Numbered from the stretch's first letter, positions 1 through 9,961 are shown. The stretch is DNA of 64,000 nt from an uncultured Candidatus Binatia bacterium (GCA_965200965.1 OZ241744.1:576001-640000); one strand, 5' to 3'. Translations and numbers: made by a program. The notes: a model not told the origin generated them from the letters alone.

Positions 1-643
1 GACGCAGCGCGGCAATTTCTGCGTCTTGCAGACTGTTTGCTCGGCGCAGTGGATGCAGCCTTGCCCGCCACAGGGCTTCGTCGGCATAAATGTTGCCTAT
101 GCCGGCGAGAAACGATTGGTTGAGGAGCAGGGCTTTGAGACCGCCGGATTTGTTTGCCAGCAGCCGGCGCAGGACTTTCAGGCTGAAGGCATCTGCCAGT
201 GGCTCGGGGCCGAGATGGCCGGTGACTTCGTTGAGATCATTGACCAGGTACACCCGGCCAAATTTGCGTGCGTCATTGAAGCGCAGCTCATAACCGTTAT
301 CCAGGGTACAGGTAAAGTGGACGTGTTTTTCGCGTGGAAAGTCGGCTTCGAGAACATGCAGGCGACCGCTCATTTTCAGATGAATGAGCAGGTAGCGCGC
401 CGAGGCCGAAGAACTCAGGCCGAAGACCAGATACTTGCCGCGCCGGCCAATCGAGTCAAGGCGATGGCCGGGCAAGGTTTGGAGGAGCGTGTCTGCCGAC
501 GGGCGGGCGGCGCGTGGCCAGTCCAGCCACACCGCCGTGATGGCGCGGCCCAGCGGGGTCGGGTAGGGCGGGAAGCCCGGTTCGAGCGCGTGGCCCTGGC
601 GCAGCTTGCGGGCGATGGTTTCAACTTCTGGCAGTTCCGGCAT
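1..643 (-). CDS. mutM: Formamidopyrimidine-DNA glycosylase (Fpg/MutM), N-terminal part; runs off the window edge
   Basis: Not in the ORF track because there is no stop in the window. Manual translation from ATG at 643 gives MPELPEVETIARKL...RRGKYLVF...IHLKMSGR, the Fpg catalytic N-terminus and conserved motifs. Confidence 0.93.
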   Translation of the reverse strand, partial: MPELPEVETIARKLRQGHALEPGFPPYPTPLGRAITAVWLDWPRAARPSADTLLQTLPGHRLDSIGRRGKYLVFGLSSSASARYLLIHLKMSGRLHVLEADFPREKHVHFTCTLDNGYELRFNDARKFGRVYLVNDLNEVTGHLGPEPLADAFSLKVLRRLLANKSGGLKALLLNQSFLAGIGNIYADEALWRARLHPLRRANSLQDAEIAALR

Positions 644-747
644 AGGCGGCGCGGATTGTAGTTGAAACCGGTCCGGGCGGCTAGCGTCTGTTTGCGCCAC
701 CGACAAAAACTTGATAGGCGACGATACCGAACAGGAGGGCAGCGAAC

Positions 748-1101
748 ATGGCGGTCAAGAAATTCTCCAGCGCGTATTATGTGGTCAAGGACATGGACAA
801 GGCGGTCGGCTTCTACCGGGACATCCTGGGGCTGAATATCAAATTTCGGGACGGCGACCGCTGGACGCAGTTTGATGTGAACGGGGTAGCCGTGGCGCTG
901 GCCGACCCCAGCCAAGGAACCGTGCCGCCAGGCGGTGGTGGCACGGTGGTGCTGGAGGTTGACGATCTGGGGGAAATGCGGGACAGGCTGACCCGGAACG
1001 GCGTCGCGGTGAACGATATTGTCGATATGGGCGGCCACGGCCGCTATTTCACCGCAACCGACCCGGCCGGCAACATTGTACAGATTTTTGCCAAGTCGTA
1101 G
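748..1101 (+). CDS. VOC/glyoxalase family protein
   Basis: VKDMDKAVGFYRDILGL...VVLEVDD...FTATDPAGNIVQI pattern; GGAGG RBS upstream. Confidence 0.88.
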   Translation: MAVKKFSSAYYVVKDMDKAVGFYRDILGLNIKFRDGDRWTQFDVNGVAVALADPSQGTVPPGGGGTVVLEVDDLGEMRDRLTRNGVAVNDIVDMGGHGRYFTATDPAGNIVQIFAKS

Positions 1102-1118
1102 CGACGGAGGAGAATTAA

Positions 1119-1457
1119 ATGGCTCGGACTCTGAAGCGTGCGGGAATCACTGTGGCGGTCGTCTTTCCAGGGCTGGCCCTTGTCCCTCCTCCCCCAAGTC
1201 CTGAGGAGCAGGGAACCATAGTAAGCGGTATTGCCTTCGTTGTGGCAGGTCTTGTGATGGCGATTGCGGCGGGCGTGTCATTTACGCGGCCTGTCCCCAT
1301 TATCTGGCTGACAACCAAAGGACAAACAGCCTGGAAGAGCGTCGCTGTGGGGGCTCTCCTCCTGATGATCTTATCAATGGGGCTCACAATCTCAAGAGCT
1401 GGCGGCTTCCAACTCCACCACCTCGTGCCCGAAGACGTGAAGGCCTTCATTCGGTGA
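1119..1457 (+). CDS. Small hypothetical membrane protein (2-3 hydrophobic segments), possibly truncated
   Basis: GGAGGAG RBS and ATG, hydrophobic stretches; 3' end overlaps the convergent HEPN gene by 11 nt. Confidence 0.45.
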   Translation: MARTLKRAGITVAVVFPGLALVPPPPSPEEQGTIVSGIAFVVAGLVMAIAAGVSFTRPVPIIWLTTKGQTAWKSVAVGALLLMILSMGLTISRAGGFQLHHLVPEDVKAFIR

Positions 1458-1977
1458 ACTTCTGAAGAGCGTCCGGGAACCATTCGACGAATCTCTTTGC
1501 GTCTTCATAGAGCTTGTATATTTCTTCGGATGTCTTCTCAAGCGAAAAGGTGACAAAATCCCCATGAATAAGGCGGTTTCTGCCCGAGCCGATTTCCAAG
1601 AATGCGTGAATGGAATCTCCCAGAGAGGCGTCCCTCGCCACTTCCGTCTTCATACGTTCCTTGAAAGTTCTCCCGAATAAACTGAAGAAGCTGTTGGCGT
1701 TCCTTGCGTTCTACTCAAACCAAGTGTGGTATTGGCGGCTCACCACCTTGTTTTTGATAAGCCATGTCAGGGGATGGTCTTCTGCGATAGCGCGCTTCGT
1801 AAATTCGAGCACCGAATCTGTCATCATCCGCTCAAAATGACTTGCAACAGCTATGAGCAACGCCTTCCTGAAGTTGTCCTCTGCAACACTGCGCAGCGAG
1901 ACATTCTTCGTGTCTTCTAAGGCTGTAAGGATATCTGAGAATTCATTGTACAGGCGATCGATAGCCGTCGCGCTCAT
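1447..1977 (-). pseudogene. HEPN-domain protein (RiboL-PSP/MAE_28990-like) interrupted by an in-frame TAG at 1711-1713
   Basis: ORFs 1711-2004 and 1447-1653 are in the same frame. Read-through gives ...RQYHTWFE*NARNANSFFSLFG...GSGRNRLIHGDF with the HEPN R-x4-H motif (RNRLIH). GGAGG RBS precedes ATG 1977. Confidence 0.78.
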
Positions 1978-1991
1978 AATACCCGTGCCTC

Positions 1992-3173
1992 CTACGGGAT
2001 GCACAAAATCGCGCGCGCTCTGTTCAGCCTTTTCTCGACATTTGTCTTTTGCGTTGTGCCCTCTTGGGACGCTTCAACAAACTCCGGGTCCGTTTCTAGC
2101 GTTCCCATCCGCTCAGCGTCCAGTTCATACACAGTGGTGCTGTGACCGTCAAACGCCTTCTTGCAGACGGACGTAAAAACTGCCTCGTAGAGCGCAATGT
2201 TGAAGCGCCTGTTTTTTTTATTGATGAAAGCGCCTTCCGGCAAATCGGTACAGGCATCAAGGAATGACATGAAGAGTTGTCGGAGGTAGGTATTCTGCTC
2301 AGGTTTGTGCGTTTCGCATTTCTTGGAGAATTGGTTCAGGAACCTGACCATTGATGGCGCGTAATTTGCGCCGTCCACCAGCATGGCAAACCCGCGCAGC
2401 AAGATTTCAATGTCCTTCATATGGAGGTCTGGTTGGCGTGCTTGTAGAATCTTCCGCCACCCCTCTTCGGTATTGATGGAGAAGAGCATTTTGTAGAATT
2501 CGGAATGATACATGCTGGTACGAATTTCCTGTGGCCTCACGTTTATCCCGCCTGAATTCAGCCTGTCGAAGATCTCATACATTGAGGAGTCGTCGTCCGA
2601 GGGCGCATTCTGCTTGACGACGATATTACGGATCGTTTTAAGGTTGAATGAGGTTCTGCGCTCCTCTCCAAGCGTCTCATAATTCAGGCCCCTGAATTTG
2701 TTCGCATGGTCAGGAAGCTTTTCAGACAACTTGAGATTGAACGTCTGAAAATACCTGTCGTCGTATAAAATTTCCTCTGGAATGCGTCTCTTACGATCGA
2801 AAATTGTGCGAAGTTCCGCCCGTCTTTCTTTTTTGGGAAATCGCTTTTTGACAAAATAGTAGATCGACATCAGGCGTTGCTGGCCATCTATGACAAGCAA
2901 TTTGTTGCGAGCCTGTTCGTAAAGAAAAATTTGTGGGACTGGCAGGCCGAGGATGAGCGATTCGATCAGCTTGGACGAACGGCCCAAATCCCAGACGAAG
3001 TTACGCTGGAAACCGGGGATGCCCACTACGCCGGACTCCATAAAACTCTGCAGCGTTAGGACATTAAAATCGTTAGGCACGGCTGTTATGTCATACTCTT
3101 TTACCCACAATTCGTCCGCCTTATCCGCGTAATCGTCAAAGTCAAACCAAGCTGATTGTCCATTGTCGTCCAT
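1992..3173 (-). CDS. DUF262 (ParB/GmrSD N-terminal-like) domain protein
   Basis: PGFQRNFVW, SKLIESLILGLPVPQI, VIDGQQRL and IFDRLNSGG are DUF262 signature motifs. Region is AT-richer than its flanks. Likely start is MDDNGQ after GGGAG. Confidence 0.9.
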   Translation of the reverse strand: MDDNGQSAWFDFDDYADKADELWVKEYDITAVPNDFNVLTLQSFMESGVVGIPGFQRNFVWDLGRSSKLIESLILGLPVPQIFLYEQARNKLLVIDGQQRLMSIYYFVKKRFPKKERRAELRTIFDRKRRIPEEILYDDRYFQTFNLKLSEKLPDHANKFRGLNYETLGEERRTSFNLKTIRNIVVKQNAPSDDDSSMYEIFDRLNSGGINVRPQEIRTSMYHSEFYKMLFSINTEEGWRKILQARQPDLHMKDIEILLRGFAMLVDGANYAPSMVRFLNQFSKKCETHKPEQNTYLRQLFMSFLDACTDLPEGAFINKKNRRFNIALYEAVFTSVCKKAFDGHSTTVYELDAERMGTLETDPEFVEASQEGTTQKTNVEKRLNRARAILCIP

Positions 3174-3373
3174 CGCGCTTCTCCCCATTGACACTGATCT
3201 CGCTGGAGTGCTGTTCTGTACATACCAGCTTAGCATCTGGACACGATAACAACAATAGCGGAGGGGGCATGGTGGGGTAGAGAAAAGCAGGTCTCCCTCG
3301 CTCTTATCTGGCTACTGCCGGCCGCCGAAATCTACTATGGAGCAGCAAGCCCGTCTGTACAGGAGGAGAGGGT

Positions 3374-4432
3374 ATGCAGCACTTGTGGTCGAACTGGATG
3401 AAGACCGTTGCCATACTGGTGAGCGGTGTTGTCTGCTCGGCGTTTGCCGTCAACGCTCAGCAGGACAAACCGATCTGGCAGTGGACACCCGAGGAGATGA
3501 AAGCCCATGTGAGGACGGTCAGGAGTGGCAAGGACCTCACCCCCGAGCAGTGGCCCGGGGGCGCAAGGGTGGCGGTCAGCCTCTCGTTTGACTTTGATAC
3601 CGAGCCGGTGTGGCTCAGCTTTCAGGGCAACCGCGGCCCGTCGTATATGTCGCGTGGTGAGTATGGGGCGCGGGCCGGGCTGCCGCGCATTCTGAAGTTG
3701 CTTGACAAGCACGACATTCCGGCCACGTTTTTTATCCCCGCGGCCTCTATGGTGCTGCACCCCGCGGCGGTCCAAACCATCCTTGATCGCCCCCAGCACG
3801 AGATCGGTCTGCACTCCTACATTCATGAGAGCCCCCTGGGTCTGAGCGAAGACCAAGAGCGTGAGGTCTACACCAAGGCGATGGACATTTTTGTCCAGAC
3901 GGTCGGCAGGCGGCCGGTTGGCTTTCGGTCCGCGGCCTGGGACCTCACCCCGGCGACGATTAAAATTATCAAAGAAATGGGCTTTTTGTACGACAGTAGC
4001 ATGATGGCGGATGATCGTCCGTACAGCCTCATGTCTGACGGGGAAGAGTCCGGGCTGATCGAGCTGCCGATTGAGTGGATTCTGGATGACTGGCCGTATT
4101 TTCAGCTTAGTTGGAGCACCCGGCATGTGGGGCTGCGCAGCGCGGACGAGGTCTATTCGATCTGGTCCGCCGAGTTTGACGGCGCGTATGAAGAGGGTAC
4201 GCTGTATATGCTGGTGGCCCATCCCCAGGTCATTGGCCATCGCTATCGGATGCAGATGCTGGAGCGGCTGGTTGCGTACATGAAGAGCAAGCCGGGCGTG
4301 TGGTTTGCCACCCACGAGCAAATTGCGCGCTATGTGCAGGAGCAGGCCGCGGAACACCAGGCTGAAGGCCGCTTCCCCCTCAGTGTCTCCTTGACAATGG
4401 GCGATTGTCTGACGTATGAGACTTCAGAATGA
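3374..4432 (+). CDS. Polysaccharide deacetylase family protein (PuuE/PgdA-like) with N-terminal signal peptide
   Basis: WPGGARVAVSLSFDFD, SRGEYGARAGLPRIL, ATFFIP, HEIGLHSYIHE, GFLYDSS, HPQVIG motifs; hydrophobic leader ending in AVNA. Confidence 0.88.
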   Translation: MQHLWSNWMKTVAILVSGVVCSAFAVNAQQDKPIWQWTPEEMKAHVRTVRSGKDLTPEQWPGGARVAVSLSFDFDTEPVWLSFQGNRGPSYMSRGEYGARAGLPRILKLLDKHDIPATFFIPAASMVLHPAAVQTILDRPQHEIGLHSYIHESPLGLSEDQEREVYTKAMDIFVQTVGRRPVGFRSAAWDLTPATIKIIKEMGFLYDSSMMADDRPYSLMSDGEESGLIELPIEWILDDWPYFQLSWSTRHVGLRSADEVYSIWSAEFDGAYEEGTLYMLVAHPQVIGHRYRMQMLERLVAYMKSKPGVWFATHEQIARYVQEQAAEHQAEGRFPLSVSLTMGDCLTYETSE

Positions 4433-4442
4433 ACACTCACTC
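4391..4442 (+). promoter_or_regulatory. Putative sigma70 promoter and TetR-type operator upstream of the TetR gene
   Basis: TTGACA at 4391-4396, weak -10 TATGAG at 4415, and imperfect palindrome GAATGA-acac-TCACTC at 4427-4442. Confidence 0.5.
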
Positions 4443-4478
4443 AGCATATGCTTGCTCCAGCCGGAAAGGAACACGCGA

Positions 4479-5213
4479 GTGAAAGGTCAAGTCCTGCGCA
4501 AAAAACGAAGACAAGCCTCCCAGGTGACAGACGGGAAACGCCTGATTGAGGGCAAGGAGCGAATCGCCTCCGCCGCCGCGGCCCTCTTTTCGAGTAACGG
4601 CTACCACAATACCAGCGTTCGAGAGATTGCCCAGAAAGCTGGGCTGAGCGTTGGCTCTGTTTTTAACTACTTCACCAGCAAAGAAGAGGTTCTGTTCTTC
4701 CTGTTCTCCCACAATCAGGAACGGACGGAGGTCGTGCTGCGCGAGCAGCGGGCCGAGTATGAACGGCTCAAAGAGGCCGGGGTTGATCCAAAGCAGTTAT
4801 TCCTGCTCGCCTACGAACGCTATGTGCGCCTCATTGATGAGTTGCGCCGCGATGTGGTCTTGGGCTATCAAGAGATGAAGTCTCTGACGAGCGCCGAACG
4901 CGGACGCCTGTTAGAAGGAGAAGAGCGTATCCAGAGTCTGCTTGAGGAAATTATTGCCTACGGGGTAGAAAAAAAGGCTTTTCCGCCCGGCGACATTGAC
5001 CTGAAAGCGCACTGTTTGCTCATCCTCGCCCAGTCGTGGGCGGTGCGGCACTGGGCCTTGAAGCGTTTTGCCAGAATTGAGGACTATCTCCAGGTGCTGC
5101 AAACGCTGGCTTTGGGACTTTTGGAGAGCGATAGCGCCAGGGTGAACGAGGTCGGGACACTAGACGGAAAGGCAAACGGGTTCTCGACCGATCTGCGAAG
5201 AGCATTCCCGTAG
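4479..5213 (+). CDS. TetR/AcrR family transcriptional regulator
   Basis: AAAALFSSNGYHNTSVREIAQKAGLSVGSVFNYFTSKEEVL HTH; likely GTG start after AAAGGA. Confidence 0.92.
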   Translation: MKGQVLRKKRRQASQVTDGKRLIEGKERIASAAAALFSSNGYHNTSVREIAQKAGLSVGSVFNYFTSKEEVLFFLFSHNQERTEVVLREQRAEYERLKEAGVDPKQLFLLAYERYVRLIDELRRDVVLGYQEMKSLTSAERGRLLEGEERIQSLLEEIIAYGVEKKAFPPGDIDLKAHCLLILAQSWAVRHWALKRFARIEDYLQVLQTLALGLLESDSARVNEVGTLDGKANGFSTDLRRAFP

Positions 5214-5248
5214 GATGTCAGTCCGGCGACCGACGAGCTGGGGGCCAT

Positions 5249-6496
5249 ATGCCTGGATTCCTGTTTGATGTGAAAGTCCTGGAGCTTGCCGATGAAAAGG
5301 GCGAGTTCTGCGGGAAGTTGCTGGCCGGGGCTGGGGCCGAGGTGCTGAAGATTGAGCCGCCGGGAGGAAACTCGACCCGTTCCCTGGGCCCGTTCTACCA
5401 CGACGAGGAAAATCCTGACCGGAGTCTGTATTTCTGGCACTACAACTTTGGCAAGCATGGGATCACGCTCGATATCCACACGCCCGAGGGCATCGAACTG
5501 CTCAAAAAGCTGATTGTCGAGTGCGATGTGCTGCTTGATGCGCTGCCGCTCGACACCCTGGAAAAGCTGGGCCTGGACTGGGCCACCCTCCAGCAGCTCA
5601 ACCCTCGCCTGATCTATGCCTGTGTGACCCCTTTTGGCCGCAGTGGCCCGTGGCGCGAGTATAAGGCCAACGATCTGATACATCTGGCCTTGGGCGGGCC
5701 GATGATGTGTTGTGGCTATGATCCCAAGGAGGATGGCAGCTATGACACACCGCCCATTGCGCCCCAGATGTGGCACGCTTATCACATCACCAGCAACCAG
5801 ACGTTTATTGCTATTGTCGGCGCGTTGATCGGCCGGGAAACCCACGGCAACGGGGATATGATAGAGGTCGCCGTCCACCAGGCGGTCAGTGTGTGTACCG
5901 AAATCGATGTGCCAAACTGGATCTACAATCAGACCGCGTGTTATCGCCAGACGGGTCGGCACGCCCAACCGGCCGTTGGACCGGCCGTCCAGTTCCCGAC
6001 CAAAGACGGGCGCTATTCCATCATTCTGCCTAACCCGTTTCCGGGGGGCTACGAGACCCTGGTCAATTTTCTGGACAGTACCGGTCAGGCCGCGGATTTG
6101 AAGAGCGAGGCGTATCAGGACCCCGCGAATCGGCGAGGGCGCGCGTTTGCCGAACATTTTTCCGAGGTGCAGGTCGGTTGTGTGGCGGCGTTTGGGATGG
6201 AGGAGATTTGGCGTGGGGCCCAGTCGCTCGGCATTCCGTGGTCGCCGATTCGGAAACCCGAGGAGAACGTTGACGACGAGCAGTGGCAGATGCGCGAAAC
6301 TTTCTGCGAGGTGAACCATCCCGAGCTGGACGAGACCGTGACCTATATCGGCGCGCCCACGCTGACACACGAGGTCGAGTGGCGTACCGGACCGCGCGCG
6401 CCGCTAGTCGGTGAGCACAACGACGAGGTGTACGGCGGGCAACTCGGACTGGGAGCACACGAGATTGCGCGGCTCAAGGAACGAAAGGTCATTTAA
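5249..6496 (+). CDS. Family III (CaiB/BaiF) CoA-transferase, BbsE-like subunit
   Basis: VKVLELADEKGEFCGKLLAGAGAEVLKIEPPGG, NFGKHGITLD, PRLIYACVTPFG, APLVGEHNDEV; no obvious catalytic Asp. Confidence 0.88.
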   Translation: MPGFLFDVKVLELADEKGEFCGKLLAGAGAEVLKIEPPGGNSTRSLGPFYHDEENPDRSLYFWHYNFGKHGITLDIHTPEGIELLKKLIVECDVLLDALPLDTLEKLGLDWATLQQLNPRLIYACVTPFGRSGPWREYKANDLIHLALGGPMMCCGYDPKEDGSYDTPPIAPQMWHAYHITSNQTFIAIVGALIGRETHGNGDMIEVAVHQAVSVCTEIDVPNWIYNQTACYRQTGRHAQPAVGPAVQFPTKDGRYSIILPNPFPGGYETLVNFLDSTGQAADLKSEAYQDPANRRGRAFAEHFSEVQVGCVAAFGMEEIWRGAQSLGIPWSPIRKPEENVDDEQWQMRETFCEVNHPELDETVTYIGAPTLTHEVEWRTGPRAPLVGEHNDEVYGGQLGLGAHEIARLKERKVI

Positions 6497-6497
6497 G

Positions 6498-7790
6498 ATG
6501 GTGAGACCTTTAGAAGGCGTGCGTGTGGCTGACCTGACTTGGCTGCTGGCCGGGGCCGGTGGTCCGCGTCTGCTGGCCAGCCTGGGAGCCGAGATCCTGC
6601 GTGTCGAGTGGCGCGACCGGCTTGATTTTCTGCGCTATATGCCCCCATTTGCCCCGATGAAGAATGAAGAGCGAGAAAAATCCGGGGCTATGGAACTCAG
6701 CAGCCTCAGCAAAGACAGCGTCCAGAGCGTCAATCGGGGCGGCTATTTCAACGATATCAATGCCGGCAAAAAGGGTCTGAGCCTGAACATGGGGCATCCC
6801 AAAGGCCGAGATCTGTTCAAGCGGATTGTCGCCATCAGCGACGTGGTCGTCGAAGCGTTTACCGCTGAGACGATGCGCAAATGGGGGCTTGGTTATGAGC
6901 AGTTGAGAGGGATCAAGCCGGATATTATCTACATCCAGCAGCCAGGCTGGGGATATAAAGGTCCCTACGTCAAATTTGCCTCCTACGGTCCCATTGCCCA
7001 AGCGGTCAGCGGGCTGACCGAACAGTCGGGCTTGCCGTCCCCGTATCCGCCCGCGGGTTGGGGCTACTCATACATGGATTGGAGTGGTGCCTACTACTGC
7101 GCGTTGACCATACTGTGTGCGATGTACTACAAGAAGCGGACCGGAAAGGGCCAGTATGTTGACTGCTCTCAGGTCGAACCGGGTATCTATATGACTGGAA
7201 CCGCCCTGCTGGACGCGCTTACTAACAAGCGCCCGTCACAGCGAACCGGCAACCGCTCGCCAAACACCCCGGCGGCTCCGCACGGGGCCTACCGCTGTTG
7301 CGGGGAGGATCGCTGGATCGCCATTGCCGTCACCAGCGAAGAGGAGTGGCGCGCCCTGGTGCGGGTGATGGGTCAGCCGGAGTGGGCCCAAGACGCCCGT
7401 TTTGGCTCCCTGGCCGCCCGTATTATCAATCAGGACGCGCTCGATCAGCTGGTGACAGCGTGGACCACAGACAACGATCCGTTTGTCTTGCAGGAAGACT
7501 TACAGCGGGCCGGTGTGCCGGCGGGCGTGTGTCAGACCGCCCAAGACCGGATTGAGCGCGACCCGCAGTTGAAGCATCTTGAATGGCTCATTCCACTGCC
7601 GCATAGCGAGATTGGAACTTGGCCGGTCAAAAACGTGCCGTTCCATTTTGCCACGGCAACGGTCAACCAGGGCGGCCCGACCGAACGGGGGGCACCGTGT
7701 TATGGTGAAGACAATGACTATGTGTATGGCGAGTTGCTACACCTGAGTCAGGCAGAACGAGACGCCTTGACCAAAGAAGGCGTTATCTGA
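6498..7790 (+). CDS. Family III (CaiB/BaiF) CoA-transferase, BbsF-like catalytic subunit
   Basis: PLEGVRVADLTW, NAGKKGLSLN, GYSYMDW (catalytic Asp position), GKGQYVD, APHGAYRC; starts 1 nt after the upstream stop. Confidence 0.9.
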   Translation: MVRPLEGVRVADLTWLLAGAGGPRLLASLGAEILRVEWRDRLDFLRYMPPFAPMKNEEREKSGAMELSSLSKDSVQSVNRGGYFNDINAGKKGLSLNMGHPKGRDLFKRIVAISDVVVEAFTAETMRKWGLGYEQLRGIKPDIIYIQQPGWGYKGPYVKFASYGPIAQAVSGLTEQSGLPSPYPPAGWGYSYMDWSGAYYCALTILCAMYYKKRTGKGQYVDCSQVEPGIYMTGTALLDALTNKRPSQRTGNRSPNTPAAPHGAYRCCGEDRWIAIAVTSEEEWRALVRVMGQPEWAQDARFGSLAARIINQDALDQLVTAWTTDNDPFVLQEDLQRAGVPAGVCQTAQDRIERDPQLKHLEWLIPLPHSEIGTWPVKNVPFHFATATVNQGGPTERGAPCYGEDNDYVYGELLHLSQAERDALTKEGVI

Positions 7791-7806
7791 AGAAGGAGGA
7801 TGTCTC

Positions 7807-9489
7807 ATGTCGTACGATTTACTCATTAAAAACGGGACCGTGGTTGACGGGACCGGAGCACCGAGTTACCGGGCCGATGTCGCGGTAGCCGACGGGAAAA
7901 TTGCCGCTATCGGCACAATTACAGATGGAGCAAAGAAGACGCTCGACGCTTCAGACCTGATTGTTGCGCCGGGCTTTGTCGATCCCCACACCCACTATGA
8001 CGCCCAGATCTGCTGGGACCCACTGATCACCTCGTCCTCGTGGCACGGCGTGACCAGCCTGGTGATGGGCAACTGTGGGGTCGGGCTGGCCCCGTGCAAG
8101 CCTGAGAATCAGGAGATTGCTGCTTGGGACCTAGTCAACGTTGAGGCGATTCCGTTTGAGGTGCTGGGCAAGGGCGTGACCTGGGACTGGACGACCTTTC
8201 CCGAGTACATGGACGCCGCGGCCAAGCGCGGGTCCGGCATCAACCTCGGCTTTATGGCTCCGCTGACCCCTTTCCGGCACTGGGTGATGGGCGAAGACTC
8301 AATGGAACGGGCGGCAACTCCAGAGGAGCGGGCCCAGATCAAGGCGCTGATTAAAGAGGCAGTCGCCGCCGGCGCGTTTGGCTTTTCCACCACCAACGTG
8401 GCCCAGCACATCGGCTACAAGGGCCGGCCGATTGCGTGTCGGCAGGCCGATTGGAACGAACTCAAAGCCTACGCCAACGCGCTCAAGGAACTCGGCAGAG
8501 GCTCGATCGAGCTGGCGCTGACCAACGATGTCTCGGTGGTTGACGAGACCGATTACGCGCTGCTGGACATGCTGGTGACTGAGAGCGCCCGGCCAGTGAC
8601 CTGGCTGGCGCTGCTCAACCGTGACGACAAACCGGAAGCGGCGATGAACACCCTGCGGGCGGTTGAGCCGCTGTTCAACAAAGGCGCGATTCCGCAGGTG
8701 ACGTGTCGGCCGCTGATCATCCAGATTGATCTGCGCAAACCGTTTATCTTCGCCAACCTGCCGTGCTGGAAGCCGGCCTTTGACCGGCCGGTCGAGGAGC
8801 AGAAGCGGTTCTACCAGGATGAAAAGTTCCGGGCCGAGTTCCGTAAAGAGATGGAAACCCCCAAGGTTTTCAACGGCAAATGGGAACGGGCAATTGTCCA
8901 CGTTGCCACCAAGCCCGAATTGCAGGCCCTGGTCGGTCAGAGCGTGGCCGAAATCGCCAGGCAACGTGGCAAAGACGGCCTCGATACATTCCTGGATCTG
9001 TGCATTGAGGACGACCTCCAACTCGAATACACCTATGAGTTGTTCAACGCCGACGAAAACCGGATTCCTGAGCTCATCACCCACGACCAGGTGATGGTCG
9101 GTCTGTCCGACGGCGGGGCCCACGTTGATATGCTGTGCGACGCCGGCTACTGCACCTATCTGCTCGGCACCTGGGTGCGCGACCGTCAGGTCATGAGCCT
9201 GGAGCACGCCGTCAAGCGGATTACCTCTGAGCCGGCGGCCTTCTACGGCCTCACCACCCGGGGCAAAATTGAGCAGGGTTTGGCGGCCGACTTTGCCATC
9301 TTCGACCTCAATACGGTTGGGTCAAAGAAGCGGGGTGAGATGCGGACCGACCTGCCCGGCGGCGGCCGGCGTCTGGTCATGCCGGCCGAAGGTGTCATGC
9401 ATACCGTCGTGAACGGCTCGGTCCTGTACGAGGATCAGAAACACACCGGTGTGCTGCCCGGTCAGGTCCTGCGTTCGGGCCAAGCGTAG
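7807..9489 (+). CDS. N-acyl-D-amino-acid deacylase family amidohydrolase
   Basis: YDLLIKNGTVVDGTG, APGFVDPHTHYDAQ, GVTSLVMGNCG, SDGGAH motifs. Confidence 0.9.
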   Translation: MSYDLLIKNGTVVDGTGAPSYRADVAVADGKIAAIGTITDGAKKTLDASDLIVAPGFVDPHTHYDAQICWDPLITSSSWHGVTSLVMGNCGVGLAPCKPENQEIAAWDLVNVEAIPFEVLGKGVTWDWTTFPEYMDAAAKRGSGINLGFMAPLTPFRHWVMGEDSMERAATPEERAQIKALIKEAVAAGAFGFSTTNVAQHIGYKGRPIACRQADWNELKAYANALKELGRGSIELALTNDVSVVDETDYALLDMLVTESARPVTWLALLNRDDKPEAAMNTLRAVEPLFNKGAIPQVTCRPLIIQIDLRKPFIFANLPCWKPAFDRPVEEQKRFYQDEKFRAEFRKEMETPKVFNGKWERAIVHVATKPELQALVGQSVAEIARQRGKDGLDTFLDLCIEDDLQLEYTYELFNADENRIPELITHDQVMVGLSDGGAHVDMLCDAGYCTYLLGTWVRDRQVMSLEHAVKRITSEPAAFYGLTTRGKIEQGLAADFAIFDLNTVGSKKRGEMRTDLPGGGRRLVMPAEGVMHTVVNGSVLYEDQKHTGVLPGQVLRSGQA

Positions 9490-9493
9490 CATC

Positions 9494-9533
9494 AGCAGGC
9501 GGCTGGGCCTGTTAGCGAGCCGAGCCGCCTGCT
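9494..9533. terminator. GC-rich hairpin directly after the amidohydrolase stop (terminator or mRNA-stabilising stem)
   Basis: AGCAGGCGGCT...AGCCGCCTGCT perfect 11-bp inverted repeat; no U-tract. Confidence 0.45.
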
Positions 9534-9553
9534 CCCCACGAGAGGGGAAGAGC

Positions 9554-9961
9554 ATACTGAAGCGTTTCTTGCATGTCGCTATCAATGTCCGGGACGTGGA
9601 ACGCTTGCATTTGCTCTCTTCCTTTTTTGCTTGCGGTTTGTTTCTGGTTATTCTTTTTCTCTGGTATACTTTGTACCAATTCTCCTGTCTGGCCCTCATC
9701 CTGCCAATGTTGATGTATCTCGCCATATTTTATGGAGGGCTGGAGAGTCTACTGGAAAGAAAAAATTTCGTTCTCGACTACTATCTCCGACGCGATTCCT
9801 CTTTTCGTCAATGCTTTCAGCGTAAACGATTGGCTGTGGTATTCTGTTTGATTGTTTCCGTGCCACTGGCTTGGCTTCTCATGGCGTCTGTAGTAATCTC
9901 TCGTCCGATTGAACGGTTTATTTCGGGTTTGTTCAAGGGCTGGGAGGATCAATCCTGTTGA
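9554..9961 (+). pseudogene. Chimeric remnant: VOC N-terminus (ATA in place of ATG) fused to an AT-rich membrane-protein fragment
   Basis: (I)LKRFLHVAINVRDVER resembles MLTRLFHVNVCVTDMER of the VOC gene at 10922 and follows a purine-rich RBS. The sequence then switches abruptly to AT-rich hydrophobic coding. Confidence 0.5.

Noticed and set aside
26-661. 211-aa plus-strand ORF
   Set aside because: Antisense shadow of mutM, which has clear motifs on the minus strand.
1711-1713. Pyrrolysine or genome-wide TAG recoding
   Set aside because: TAG is used as a normal stop by core genes here (for example rho, tsf, tolQ), and no pyl genes are visible.
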